NCBI GenBank assembly: GCA_016223205.1
Contig: JACRPM010000006.1
Span: forward strand, 60,257-124,256
Source of the DNA: Candidatus Saganbacteria bacterium
GTDB taxonomy: Bacteria > Margulisbacteria > WOR-1 > XYC2-FULL-46-14 > WPAF01
Reading direction: 5' to 3'
Length of the DNA stretch: 64,000 nucleotides
Position numbers and translations under genes: made by a program. The notes under the pieces were generated by a model. It saw only the letters and a program-made list of their open reading frames with translations. It was not told the DNA's origin and did no database searches. Of the stretch, positions 20,469 to 30,273 are shown in pieces. Positions within the stretch are counted from its first letter, which is position 1. Each line of letters starts with the position of its first letter.

Positions 20469-21803
20469 ATGATAACCAAAGAAGAAGTGATGAAGCAGGT
20501 AAAAGACAATGGAGTGGAGTTCATTCGTTTGTGGTTCACGGATATCAACGGGATACTGAAAAGTTTCGCCATCGGCCCCGATGAGCTGGAGGGCGCCTTA
20601 ACCCAGGGAATGGGATTTGACGGCTCCTCTATCACCGGTTTCCAATCCATCGAAGAATCCGACATGATCGCCATGCCCGATCCCAATACTTTCGCCATCC
20701 TGCCCTGGCGGCCGGAAGACAAGCCGGTAGCCCGCATGATCGCCGACATCCTCCAGCCGGCGGCCGGCAAGCATAATCCCTACGAGGGCGACCCCCGGTA
20801 CGTTTTAAAAAGAGCGCTGGCCAAAATGCAGAAAATGGGCTTCGACCATTTTTATGTCGGCCCGGAACTTGAATATTTTTATTTCAAGGATTCCAACGGC
20901 ACCGAGATCCTCGATCAGGGGGGCTATTTTGACCTGACCCCGCTCGATATGGCCAGCAACCTGCGCCGCGAAACGGTTTTCGCCTTGAGGAAGCTGGGCA
21001 TCGTGGTCGAATACTCTCACCACGAAGTCGCCCCTTCCCAGCACGAGATCGACATGCGCTACAACGATGCCCTGCCGATGGCCGACAACACCGTTACCTA
21101 TCGTCTGACGGTCAAAGAGATCGCCTCCAAGAACGGCGTCTATGCGACCTTTATGCCGAAACCGATCTTCGGCCAGAACGGGAGCGGGATGCACTGCCAC
21201 CAATCTTTGTTCAAAGGCAAAGTTAACGCTTTCTACGACGCCAATGACAAATACAATCTCTCGCCGATCGGCAAATCCTATATTGCCGGCATCCTGAAGC
21301 ACGCGCCGGAAATGGCTTCGATCCTGGCCCCGTGGGTCAACTCCTACAAGCGCTTGGTCCCGGGTTACGAAGCTCCGGTCTATATCGCCTGGTCGAGAAG
21401 GAACCGCTCGGCGCTGGTCCGCGTCCCCGGCTATCAGCCGGGCAAAGAAGCGGCGACCCGCATGGAGCTCCGCTGCCCCGATCCTTCGGGCAACCCATAC
21501 CTCCAGTTCGCCGTCATGCTCCAGGCCGGCCTCAAAGGGATCGAAGAAGGGTACAAACTGCCGGATCCGATGGAATTTAACCTCTTCCACCTGTCCGAAG
21601 AGGAACGGCAGGAGAAGGGCATCAAGTCGCTGCCGGCCAGTTTAGGCGAGGCCATTGTGATCACCGAAAAGAGCGCCTTCATGAAAGAAGCCCTGGGCGA
21701 CCATTGCTTCAACCGCTATATCTCTATCAAGAAGCAGGAGTGGGACGAGTTCCGGATCCAGGTGACAGAATACGAGCTAAAAAAATATTTGCCGATTCTG
21801 TAG
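20469..21803 (+). CDS. glnA: Glutamine synthetase type I (GSI-alpha size)
   Basis: FDGSSI, HHEVAPSQHEI, ATFMPKP, NGSGMH, SYKRLVPGYEAP, NRSA. Confidence 0.97.
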   Translation: MITKEEVMKQVKDNGVEFIRLWFTDINGILKSFAIGPDELEGALTQGMGFDGSSITGFQSIEESDMIAMPDPNTFAILPWRPEDKPVARMIADILQPAAGKHNPYEGDPRYVLKRALAKMQKMGFDHFYVGPELEYFYFKDSNGTEILDQGGYFDLTPLDMASNLRRETVFALRKLGIVVEYSHHEVAPSQHEIDMRYNDALPMADNTVTYRLTVKEIASKNGVYATFMPKPIFGQNGSGMHCHQSLFKGKVNAFYDANDKYNLSPIGKSYIAGILKHAPEMASILAPWVNSYKRLVPGYEAPVYIAWSRRNRSALVRVPGYQPGKEAATRMELRCPDPSGNPYLQFAVMLQAGLKGIEEGYKLPDPMEFNLFHLSEEERQEKGIKSLPASLGEAIVITEKSAFMKEALGDHCFNRYISIKKQEWDEFRIQVTEYELKKYLPIL

Positions 21804-21807
21804 TAAA

Positions 21808-21826
21808 ACCCTATAATTGATAGGGT
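21808..21826. promoter_or_regulatory. Inverted repeat containing TATAAT immediately before the gltB ATG
   Basis: ACCCTAT-AATTG-ATAGGGT then ATG. Confidence 0.45.
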
Positions 21827-24800
21827 ATGCATAAGCCAGAGGGTTTATACGACCCAGGATTCGAGCACGACGCTTGCGGAGTGGGGTTCGTGGCGGATAT
21901 CAACGGCCAAAAGACCCACGCTATCGTCCGGCAGGGGATCAAGGTACTGGAACGTCTCGCTCACCGCGGAGCGGTGGGGGCCGATCCTTTGACCGGCGAC
22001 GGCGCCGGGATCCTGATCCAATTGCCCCACGAATTCCTGGCCAAGGTCTTCCCTAATATAACCCGGCCGGGAAGCTATGGGACCGGAATGATATTTTTCC
22101 CCCGTGAAAAAGAAAAATACCGTCAAGCCAAAGAGATCTTGACCGAAGAGATCGGAAAAGCCGGCCAGAAACTTTTGGGCTGGAGGAAAGTCCCGGTGAA
22201 CGATTCCGGCATCGGGGAGACCGCCCGCAAGACCCAGCCGGAGATCGAACAGGTGTTCATCGGCAAGGGCTCGACCATAAGATCGCCCCTGGAGCTGGAA
22301 AAGATCCTTTACCAGATCCGCCGGGCGACGGAACGCCGGATCGATTCCGAGGGCTTCTATATCACCAATCTTTCCGCGCGAACCATGTCGTATAAAGGCC
22401 TGCTCATGCCCGCCCAGTTGAGCGAGTATTTTCCGGACCTTAATGACCCCGATTTAAAAAGCGCCCTGGCTTTGGTGCATTCGCGTTACAGCACCAACAC
22501 TTTCCCCACCTGGGACCTGTCCCAGCCCTTCCGCTTTTTGGCCCACAACGGCGAGATCAATACCCTGCGGGGGAACATCAACTGGATGAAGGCCCGGGGG
22601 ATCGACGTGATAGTCCCGGGAGGCAGCGATTCCGCCGCCCTGGATAACGCCTTTGAATTGCTGGTGCTCTCCGGCCGGTCGCTTCCCCACGCCATGATGA
22701 TGCTCATCCCGGCCGCCTGGGAGCAGAACCGGGCTTTACCCCAGAAGCTAAGGGATTTCTACAAATATCACGCCTGTTTTATGGAACCCTGGGACGGACC
22801 GGCGGCGGTGGCCTTTACCGACGGGACCAGGATCGGGGCGGTGCTGGACCGCAACGGCTTGCGGCCCGCGCGTTTTGTGGTCACCAAACAAGATCTGGTG
22901 GTCATGGCTTCGGAAGTGGGGGTCCTGGATATTCCCCCCCAGGATATTATCTCTTCCGGAAGATTGGAGCCGGGTAAAATATTCTTTATCGATACGGAGG
23001 AAAAAAGGATCATCCACGATGAGGAGATCAAAGATAAGATGGCGGCTCGCGTTCCCTACAGCGCCTGGATCAAAGACAACCTGGTGGAATTTGATAAACT
23101 CACTACCCCCTCTGTCCCTTCGGGCCATCTCCCCCTTGCCAAGGGGGAGATAGAGAGGGGGTTCAAAATCTTCGGCTATACGCGCGAAGACATGAAATTC
23201 ATCCTCCAGCCGATGGCGGAGGAAGGCAAAGAGCCGGTGGGCTCCATGGGCAACGATACGCCTCCGGCAGTGCTCTCGCAAAAACCGCAGCTGCTCTACA
23301 ATTATTTTAAACAGCTTTTTGCCCAGGTCACCAATCCGGCCATCGATCCCATCCGCGAAGAACTGGTGATGAGCCTGGACAGTTTCGTGGGGGCGCAGAA
23401 GAACATACTGGAAGAGACGCCGGAGCACTGCCGAAAGATCAGGATCAAGACCCCGGTGCTTTTTAATGACGAATTGGAAAAGATCCGGCAGATCGACGAA
23501 AAGGGATTCAAGGCCCAGACCCTCTCCCTGCTGTTTGACGCCGAACAGCCGGACGATTTTATGAGGAAACTGGACGAGGTCTGTTCAGCGGCGGAAGAAG
23601 CGGTAAAGAACGGTTTTACCTTTATAATCTTGAGCGACCGCGGGGTGAACCGGGAATTGGCCGCGCTTCCGGCGCTTTTGGCCTGCGGCGCGGTGCATCA
23701 TCATCTCATAAGAGCAGCGCTGCGCACCCGGGTGGGGATCGTGGTCGAGAGCGGCGAGCCGCGCGAAGTCCACCACTTTGCCCTGTTGTTTGGGTTTGGC
23801 GCGGATTGTATCAATCCCTATCTGGCCTATGAAGCGGTCGAGGAACTGGGCCTTAAGATCGAAAATTACCGCCACGCGGTCGAGAAGGGGATATTAAAGA
23901 TCCTTTCCAAGATGGGCATCTCCACCCTCAACAGCTATCGGGGGGCGCAGATCTTCGAGGCGCTGGGCCTGCACGAGGAAGTTATTGAAAAATGCTTTAC
24001 CGGGACCCCCTCCCGCATTGGGGGGGTAACTTTGGATGGGATCGCGCAGGAAACCATTAGGCGGCATCAAGCGGCGCACCAAAATGGGGATCTGCTGCCG
24101 ACCGGGGGACTTTACCAGTGGAAAAAAGACGGGGAGTTCCATTTGTGGAATCCCGACAGCATCGCGGCCCTGCAAGATTCGACCAGGAAGAACGATTTCA
24201 CCAGATTTTGTGATTTTTCCCGGCTGATCGACGACCAATCGAAAAACCCCGCCACCTTGCGCGGACTTTTAAAATTCAAACCGACCAAACCCATCCCGGT
24301 TGATGAAGTCGAGCCGATCTCCGAGATCTGCAAGCGCTTTGCCACCGGGGCCATGAGCTACGGCTCGATCAGCCGCGGCGCCCACGAAACCATTGCCCGG
24401 GCCTTGAACCGCATCGGCGGCCGGTCCAACACCGGCGAGGGAGGCGAAGATCCGCAGCGTTTTAAGGACGATCGCCGCTCGGCCGTCAAACAGGTGGCCT
24501 CGGGCCGCTTTGGGGTGAACACCAATTATCTGGTCAACGCCGATGAGATCCAGATCAAGATCGCCCAGGGAGCCAAGCCCGGAGAAGGCGGGCAGCTGCC
24601 CGGCCACAAGGTGAGCGCCACCATTGCGGCCACCCGCTTCACCACCCCCGGGGTGACCTTGATCTCTCCGCCTCCGCATCACGATATTTATTCGATCGAA
24701 GACCTGGCCCAGCTGATCTTTGACCTAAAGAACGTCAATCCGCGCGCCCGCATCTCGGTGAAACTGGTCTCGGAAGCGGGGGTAGGGACAGTGGCGGCGG

Positions 24801-26182
24801 GAGTGGCCAAGGGCCACGCGGACATGATCTTGATCTCGGGCGGCGACGGCGGCACCGGGGCTTCTCCCTTAAGCTCCATCAAGCACGCCGGGCTTCCCTG
24901 GGAATTGGGCTTATCCGAAACCCACCAAACGCTGGTTTTAAACGATCTAAGAAGCCGGGTGCGCCTGCAGACCGACGGCCAAATGCGAACCGGCAGGGAT
25001 GTGGTGATAGCCGCGATCCTGGGAGCCGAGGAATTCGGCTTTGCGACCGCGCCTTTGATCGTGATGGGCTGTGTAATGCTGCGCCACTGCCACCTGAACA
25101 ACTGTTCGGTAGGGGTGGCGACCCAAGACGAGCTGTTGGAGAGCAGGTTTAAAGGTGGGGTGGAGCAGGTCGTCAATTATTTTACCTTTGTAGCCCGGCA
25201 GGCGCGCGAGATCCTGGCGGAGCTGGGGATTAAGTCCATCGATGAATTGATCGGCCGAACCGATCTTTTAGAGGCCAAAGCGAAAGGCCTCGATTTTTCC
25301 CGTATTCTTTATCGCCCCGAGGCGCCGGAAAGTGTCGGCCGTCGCCAAACCAGGGCGCAGGATCATCAGATCAGCAAAGTGCTGGATCGCCGCCTCATTG
25401 AGCTGGCCCAGCCGGCGCTCTGCTTGCGCGAGCCGGTGAGGGAAGAAATCGAGATCAAAAATTTTAACCGCACCGCCGGCGCGATGCTTAGCGGCGAGGT
25501 CTGCAAGGTCTTCGGCGAAGAGGGGCTTCTCCCCGATACCATTCATTTTATATTCAAGGGAGAAGCCGGCCAGAGCTTCGGCGCCTGGCTGGCCCGGGGG
25601 ATAACTTTTGAACTGGAAGGGATGGCCAACGATTACGTGGGCAAGGGCGTCTCGGGCGGCAAGATCATTATCTATCCTAACCGCCTAACCACTTATCCGC
25701 CCGGATCCAATATCATTATCGGCAACACCGCCTTTTACGGGGCGATCTCCGGCGAGGCCTACATCCGGGGCGTGGCCGGAGAGCGTTTTTGCATCCGGAA
25801 CTCCGGCTTGAATGCGGTGGTAGAAGGGGTAGGCGACCACGGCTGTGAATATATGACCGGCGGCCGGGTGGTGATACTGGGAAAGACCGGGAGGAATTTT
25901 GGAGCGGGAATGTCGGGCGGGATCGCCTATGTTTACGATGAAGATCGGACCTTTAAATCCCGCTGTAATCCGGGAATGGTTGAACTGCTTAAGCTTACCG
26001 ACGAAGATCGCTCGTTGCTTAAGGAATTGCTGGCCAAACATCATACTTATACCGGAAGCGAAAGGGCTAAAAGCGCCGAAATCGAACGTTTCGTAAAAGT
26101 TATGCCGGTCGAATATCGTAAGGTTTTGGAACGCAAAGCGGCCGAAGAAAAGACCGCAGAGGCGGAGGTTTCCGATGGCTAA
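21827..26182 (+). CDS. gltB: Glutamate synthase large subunit
   Basis: DACGVGF, HSRYSTNT, HNGEINT, EPWDGPA, QGAKPGEGGQLPG, 3Fe-4S cysteines, GXGXG domain. Confidence 0.98.
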   Translation: MHKPEGLYDPGFEHDACGVGFVADINGQKTHAIVRQGIKVLERLAHRGAVGADPLTGDGAGILIQLPHEFLAKVFPNITRPGSYGTGMIFFPREKEKYRQAKEILTEEIGKAGQKLLGWRKVPVNDSGIGETARKTQPEIEQVFIGKGSTIRSPLELEKILYQIRRATERRIDSEGFYITNLSARTMSYKGLLMPAQLSEYFPDLNDPDLKSALALVHSRYSTNTFPTWDLSQPFRFLAHNGEINTLRGNINWMKARGIDVIVPGGSDSAALDNAFELLVLSGRSLPHAMMMLIPAAWEQNRALPQKLRDFYKYHACFMEPWDGPAAVAFTDGTRIGAVLDRNGLRPARFVVTKQDLVVMASEVGVLDIPPQDIISSGRLEPGKIFFIDTEEKRIIHDEEIKDKMAARVPYSAWIKDNLVEFDKLTTPSVPSGHLPLAKGEIERGFKIFGYTREDMKFILQPMAEEGKEPVGSMGNDTPPAVLSQKPQLLYNYFKQLFAQVTNPAIDPIREELVMSLDSFVGAQKNILEETPEHCRKIRIKTPVLFNDELEKIRQIDEKGFKAQTLSLLFDAEQPDDFMRKLDEVCSAAEEAVKNGFTFIILSDRGVNRELAALPALLACGAVHHHLIRAALRTRVGIVVESGEPREVHHFALLFGFGADCINPYLAYEAVEELGLKIENYRHAVEKGILKILSKMGISTLNSYRGAQIFEALGLHEEVIEKCFTGTPSRIGGVTLDGIAQETIRRHQAAHQNGDLLPTGGLYQWKKDGEFHLWNPDSIAALQDSTRKNDFTRFCDFSRLIDDQSKNPATLRGLLKFKPTKPIPVDEVEPISEICKRFATGAMSYGSISRGAHETIARALNRIGGRSNTGEGGEDPQRFKDDRRSAVKQVASGRFGVNTNYLVNADEIQIKIAQGAKPGEGGQLPGHKVSATIAATRFTTPGVTLISPPPHHDIYSIEDLAQLIFDLKNVNPRARISVKLVSEAGVGTVAAGVAKGHADMILISGGDGGTGASPLSSIKHAGLPWELGLSETHQTLVLNDLRSRVRLQTDGQMRTGRDVVIAAILGAEEFGFATAPLIVMGCVMLRHCHLNNCSVGVATQDELLESRFKGGVEQVVNYFTFVARQAREILAELGIKSIDELIGRTDLLEAKAKGLDFSRILYRPEAPESVGRRQTRAQDHQISKVLDRRLIELAQPALCLREPVREEIEIKNFNRTAGAMLSGEVCKVFGEEGLLPDTIHFIFKGEAGQSFGAWLARGITFELEGMANDYVGKGVSGGKIIIYPNRLTTYPPGSNIIIGNTAFYGAISGEAYIRGVAGERFCIRNSGLNAVVEGVGDHGCEYMTGGRVVILGKTGRNFGAGMSGGIAYVYDEDRTFKSRCNPGMVELLKLTDEDRSLLKELLAKHHTYTGSERAKSAEIERFVKVMPVEYRKVLERKAAEEKTAEAEVSDG
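23105..23162. repeat. Branched palindromic element in-frame within gltB
   Basis: ACCCCCTCT-GTCCCTTCGGGCC-ATCTCCCCCTTGCCAAGGGGGAGAT-AG-AGAGGGGGT; second copy at 54695. Confidence 0.85.
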
Positions 26183-27491
26183 AGACCTGCGGGCTTTTCT
26201 AAAGATCAAGCGGGTGGAAGAAGAACACCGCCCCGTGAATGAGAGGATAAAAGACCATCAGCCGGTCTTTATACTGCGCGACGAAGACCGGTCCAAAGAA
26301 CAATCCTCGCGCTGTATGGACTGCGGGACTCCCTTTTGCCACTGGGGCTGTCCGGTCGGAAATTATATTCCTGAATGGAACGAAGCGGCTGCGGCGGGCC
26401 ACTGGGAAAAAGCGTATGATCTGCTGGCGGCCGCCAATAACCTGCCCGAGGTCACCGGCCGGGTTTGTCCGGCGCCCTGTGAATTCGCCTGCGTGCTGGC
26501 TATTAACGACGATGCGGTCACTATCCGGCTGAACGAGCTGGCAATCATTGAAAAGGCCTTTAAGGAGGGCTTGGTCAAACCCCGCCCGCCTAAAACCCGC
26601 ACCGGAAAAAAAGTCGCGGTAATCGGTTCGGGCCCCGCGGGCCTCTCCTGCGCCGCGGAGCTTAACCGCGCCGGACACCAGGTTGTGGTCTTGGAGAGGG
26701 ACGATCGGCCCGGCGGGATCATGCGTTACGGCATCCCCGATTTTAAGCTCGAGAAAGAAGCGCTCGACCGCCGGATCGAGATCTGGAAAAAGGAAGGGAT
26801 CGAATTCCGCACCGGCGCAAATGTGGACAAACTGCCGGATGGATTTGACGCGACGGTTTTGGCCGGAGGGTCGCGCCGTCCCCGCGATCTGAAGATCGAG
26901 GGGAGAGAGCTTAAGGGTATCCATTTTGCGATGGAATACCTGGCAAAAAGATCGGTCAGCGCGGAAGGAAAGAAGGTGGTGGTGATCGGCGGGGGAGACA
27001 CGGGATCCGATTGTGTGGGCTGGGCCAACCGGCAAGGGGCGCTAAGCGTAGTGCAGATCGAACTTTTACCGCAGCCGGGCCTCTGCCGGCCGGAATTAAA
27101 TCCCTGGCCGACCTATCCTTTGATCCTTAAGACCACCACCAGCCATGAGGAGGGGGTCAAGCGGCTCTGGTCGGTTAAAACCGAGGGTTTCCTCGGTCAG
27201 GCAGGGATGATCAAGGGGTTGCGCTGTGTGAGATCGGATACTGGGGAGAAAATTGAGATCGAGGCCGACCTAGCGCTCTTAGCGCTGGGTTTTCTTGGGC
27301 CCGAAACCGAACTGCTCAACCGCATCGGGGTCGAACTGGACGCGCGGGGTAATGTTAAAACCGACGGGAACTATCAAACCTCGATAAAAAATGTCTTTTC
27401 GGCCGGGGACATGAGGCGGGGGCAGTCCTTGATCGTCTGGGCGATTTACGAGGGGCGGCAGGCGGCGAGCGCGATCAACTCTTGTATTTAG
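26175..27491 (+). CDS. gltD: Glutamate synthase small subunit
   Basis: RCMDCGTPFC, GRVCPAPCE, GSGPAG, GGGDTGSDC, GDMRRGQSL. Confidence 0.96.
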   Translation: MAKDLRAFLKIKRVEEEHRPVNERIKDHQPVFILRDEDRSKEQSSRCMDCGTPFCHWGCPVGNYIPEWNEAAAAGHWEKAYDLLAAANNLPEVTGRVCPAPCEFACVLAINDDAVTIRLNELAIIEKAFKEGLVKPRPPKTRTGKKVAVIGSGPAGLSCAAELNRAGHQVVVLERDDRPGGIMRYGIPDFKLEKEALDRRIEIWKKEGIEFRTGANVDKLPDGFDATVLAGGSRRPRDLKIEGRELKGIHFAMEYLAKRSVSAEGKKVVVIGGGDTGSDCVGWANRQGALSVVQIELLPQPGLCRPELNPWPTYPLILKTTTSHEEGVKRLWSVKTEGFLGQAGMIKGLRCVRSDTGEKIEIEADLALLALGFLGPETELLNRIGVELDARGNVKTDGNYQTSIKNVFSAGDMRRGQSLIVWAIYEGRQAASAINSCI

Positions 27492-28194
27492 GAGCCCTTC
27501 CCAATTCTTTCAATAAGCCGTTGATCTCTTTTTCCCGCTCCATCATCTTAAGCTCCCGCCCGATGGCCGCATCGTTTATGGCCTTTAGCTGGTCTTCGGC
27601 CTGCTTGCGGGCGGAAATATCCGTCACCACCCCCAGAATGGCGGGATTCCCTTTATGATCGATCAGCCGGGTACAGATAACCGAATCGATCCGTGCGCCG
27701 GCTTTGGTCGTTAAAGCGTATTCGACCGGCGGGACCTCATCACCGCGCATATGCTTTTTGAGATTGTCATTAATGGTATTCAGATATTCGGGCGCGATCA
27801 GACGGCGGAAGTCAAAGCTCGGATCGTAGAATTCCCTTCTACTATAGCCCGTCAGTTCTTCCGCTTTTTTATTAGTGTAAACGACCTTGCCGTTCTGGTT
27901 GATGAAAATGACATTGGGCGATTGTTCCGCCAGGTTTCGGAATAGTTCCTCGGAACGGGCCAGCTCGGCTTCGGCCAGCTCCCGGATGGATCTTTCGCGA
28001 TTGATCATCAGATAGATCGCGATCGAACTTATGATCAAAAAGGCGAATCCCTTGTAGGTTTGCCAGATAGTGAGGCGGCGGATGTCGGAAAAAATATTCT
28101 CCAATAGATAATCGGTCACGATAACCCAGAGCATGCCCAGGACCAGGTAGAAGAGGGCTATCCGCGCGGCGAAAGAGGCCGCGGGTTTCTTCAT
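27475..28194 (-). CDS. Membrane-anchored PAS-domain protein without kinase domain
   Basis: Two TMs, PAS ending 'DISARK', C-terminal 'GRELKMMEREKEIN' coil. Confidence 0.8.
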   Translation of the reverse strand: MKKPAASFAARIALFYLVLGMLWVIVTDYLLENIFSDIRRLTIWQTYKGFAFLIISSIAIYLMINRERSIRELAEAELARSEELFRNLAEQSPNVIFINQNGKVVYTNKKAEELTGYSRREFYDPSFDFRRLIAPEYLNTINDNLKKHMRGDEVPPVEYALTTKAGARIDSVICTRLIDHKGNPAILGVVTDISARKQAEDQLKAINDAAIGRELKMMEREKEINGLLKELGRAPKYKS

Positions 28195-28568
28195 AATGCC
28201 GGCCGTTTGGCTTTGAGCAGTTTCCCCACAATATCGAGAACTTTTTCGGGGGTAAAGGGTTTTTCAATGAAAGCGTTGAGCTTGTACTGGGCGATGCTTT
28301 CCATGATCTTTTGCACCTGGCCCTTTCCAGTGATAAAGGCCACCGGCAGGTCCGGATACATGACGCGCGCCTGCTTCAATATCTCATAGCCATCCAACTT
28401 AGGCATTTCCAGATCGAGCAAAACCAGGTCGTAGAGGTTTTTCTTGATCAATTTAAGGCATTCTTCCCCGTCCCCGCACGATTCCACCTCGTAGCCGCCT
28501 CCCTTGGTGAGAATGCCTTTGAGAGAATCCCGCACCACCGCCTCATCGTCGGCTATCAGTATTTTCAT
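28191..28568 (-). CDS. Single-domain response regulator
   Basis: MKILIADDE, LLDLEMP, FITG, IEKPF; start set at ATG 28568. Confidence 0.9.
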   Translation of the reverse strand: MKILIADDEAVVRDSLKGILTKGGGYEVESCGDGEECLKLIKKNLYDLVLLDLEMPKLDGYEILKQARVMYPDLPVAFITGKGQVQKIMESIAQYKLNAFIEKPFTPEKVLDIVGKLLKAKRPAL

Positions 28569-28605
28569 GATATCATCTCCCTGCAGGCCCAATTCTATAC
28601 CCGCC

Positions 28606-29691
28606 TTAAGCGGCAGGCAAGCGGAAATAAAAACGCGACCCTTTGCCCGGCTGGGACTCCACCTTAATGGTCCCGCCCTGGGCTTCGACCGCCATTTTAC
28701 AAAATGCCAATCCCAGGCCGGTATCAAATTTAGTTTTCAGTGATTGCTGCTCCACCATAAAAAACTTTTCAAATATCCGGCCCAAATATTCACCGGGGAT
28801 CCCTTCTCCATTATCTATCACTTCGAAAAGCGCCTGGTCCCCGTCTTTTCTGATAATAAGCCGAACCGTCCCTTGGGAAGGCGTATGCTTCAGGGCGTTG
28901 CTGACCAGGTTTTCCAATATGCGGACAATCAGGTCGCGGTCGGCATTGAGGCGCAGTCCTTTTTCTATTTGAATTACTATTTGCTTGGCCTCGCTTTTAG
29001 CCAAGCTCTCAAACCAAGACAGTTCTTTTACCAGCTCTTCCATTGAGAAGACGGTTTTTCTGACTTCCATTTTGCCGGCCTCGAATTTGTCGACATTGAG
29101 GATGCTATATATAAGATTGGTCAATTTGCGGGAGCTGATCTTTATGATCTCCAGATATTTTCTTTGCTCTTCGGTCACCGATCCCAAGAGGCCCTCCAAA
29201 AAAAGCTCCACCGCGGATACTATCCCCGTTAAGGGATTTTTAAGATCGTGCTCTACCATACGATTGAGGTCCGCGCGCCAATTCTCCAGGTCAACGAGCT
29301 TGGTGATATCTTCCGCAACTTTGATGTAGTGGGTGGTTGCGCCGTTGATGTCGCGGAGTGGGGCCAGCGAAACGCTTTCCCAGTATGCCGAGCCGTCCTT
29401 ACGCAGGTTATGGAAACGGCCGCGCCATTCCCCCCCGGCCCGGAGAGTTGCCCATAGCTCCTGGTATAGTTCCGGCGGTTGATCTCCCAGCTTGAGCAGC
29501 CGGACATTTTTGCCCAGCACTTCCTCCGGGGTGCGGCCGGTTATCCGATAAAACTTGGGATTGACGTAGTCAACATTCCCTTCTTTATCTGTGATCATAA
29601 CGGTGCTGGGACTTTGCTCGACCGCCTGCAGCAACTTGTGCAGTTGCTCTTCCAGGGTGCCGGTCGGCAGGTTTCTGGCATCTTGAGGCAT
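28606..29691 (-). CDS. PAS sensor histidine kinase
   Basis: PAS; H-box HDLKNPL; NLVSNALK; DNGEGI; GLGL. Confidence 0.93.
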   Translation of the reverse strand: MPQDARNLPTGTLEEQLHKLLQAVEQSPSTVMITDKEGNVDYVNPKFYRITGRTPEEVLGKNVRLLKLGDQPPELYQELWATLRAGGEWRGRFHNLRKDGSAYWESVSLAPLRDINGATTHYIKVAEDITKLVDLENWRADLNRMVEHDLKNPLTGIVSAVELFLEGLLGSVTEEQRKYLEIIKISSRKLTNLIYSILNVDKFEAGKMEVRKTVFSMEELVKELSWFESLAKSEAKQIVIQIEKGLRLNADRDLIVRILENLVSNALKHTPSQGTVRLIIRKDGDQALFEVIDNGEGIPGEYLGRIFEKFFMVEQQSLKTKFDTGLGLAFCKMAVEAQGGTIKVESQPGKGSRFYFRLPAA

Positions 29692-29754
29692 GCATGAATT
29701 GTATAGCAGAAAAAGCCGGCTTTCAACTTATTTGAAAGAATATCAGCAAATTTG

Positions 29755-30240
29755 TTAGAACGATATTTTAATTAGCGAGGAGGCCGAAGGCAGGGGCAGG
29801 TCGCCCGCGGCCTCGACCGGCGCCTCAACCAGGATCCCGGCCAGGTTGGACTTGAATTTACCGCTGATCTTATAAGGGACGCTTTTTTTGCCCGCCGCCA
29901 CTTCCGCTATAAGCTCGGCCGTGGTTCCCAGGGCTTTAGCCAGGTCTACCCTGGATTCCAAAGTAAAACCGGTTTCTCCATTTGGGAGCAGGTCAATGGT
30001 CGAAGTTACGCCGGAGGTGAACTTTTGGCCTTTAAGATAAAGATCATATTCGACGCTGCCCTGCATGCCTACCGGGTTGGGATTCTTGATCTTGAAGTGG
30101 GAAGTTGCTTGAACGGTGGTTACCGATAAGATCCTGACATCGGTATCTATGTATGTTATTTTGGGGGATTCAACCGAGATGCAACCGGTCAATCCGATAA
30201 GAATGATCAGCAGGATCGAACCAAAAAATATATTTTTCAT
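29755..30240 (-). CDS. LEA type 2 / WHy-domain lipoprotein
   Basis: Lipobox LTGC, 'IKNPNP' motif. Confidence 0.75.
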   Translation of the reverse strand: MKNIFFGSILLIILIGLTGCISVESPKITYIDTDVRILSVTTVQATSHFKIKNPNPVGMQGSVEYDLYLKGQKFTSGVTSTIDLLPNGETGFTLESRVDLAKALGTTAELIAEVAAGKKSVPYKISGKFKSNLAGILVEAPVEAAGDLPLPSASSLIKISF

Positions 30241-30273
30241 AGCTGAAAAGATTATATGATAAAATAAATCTCT

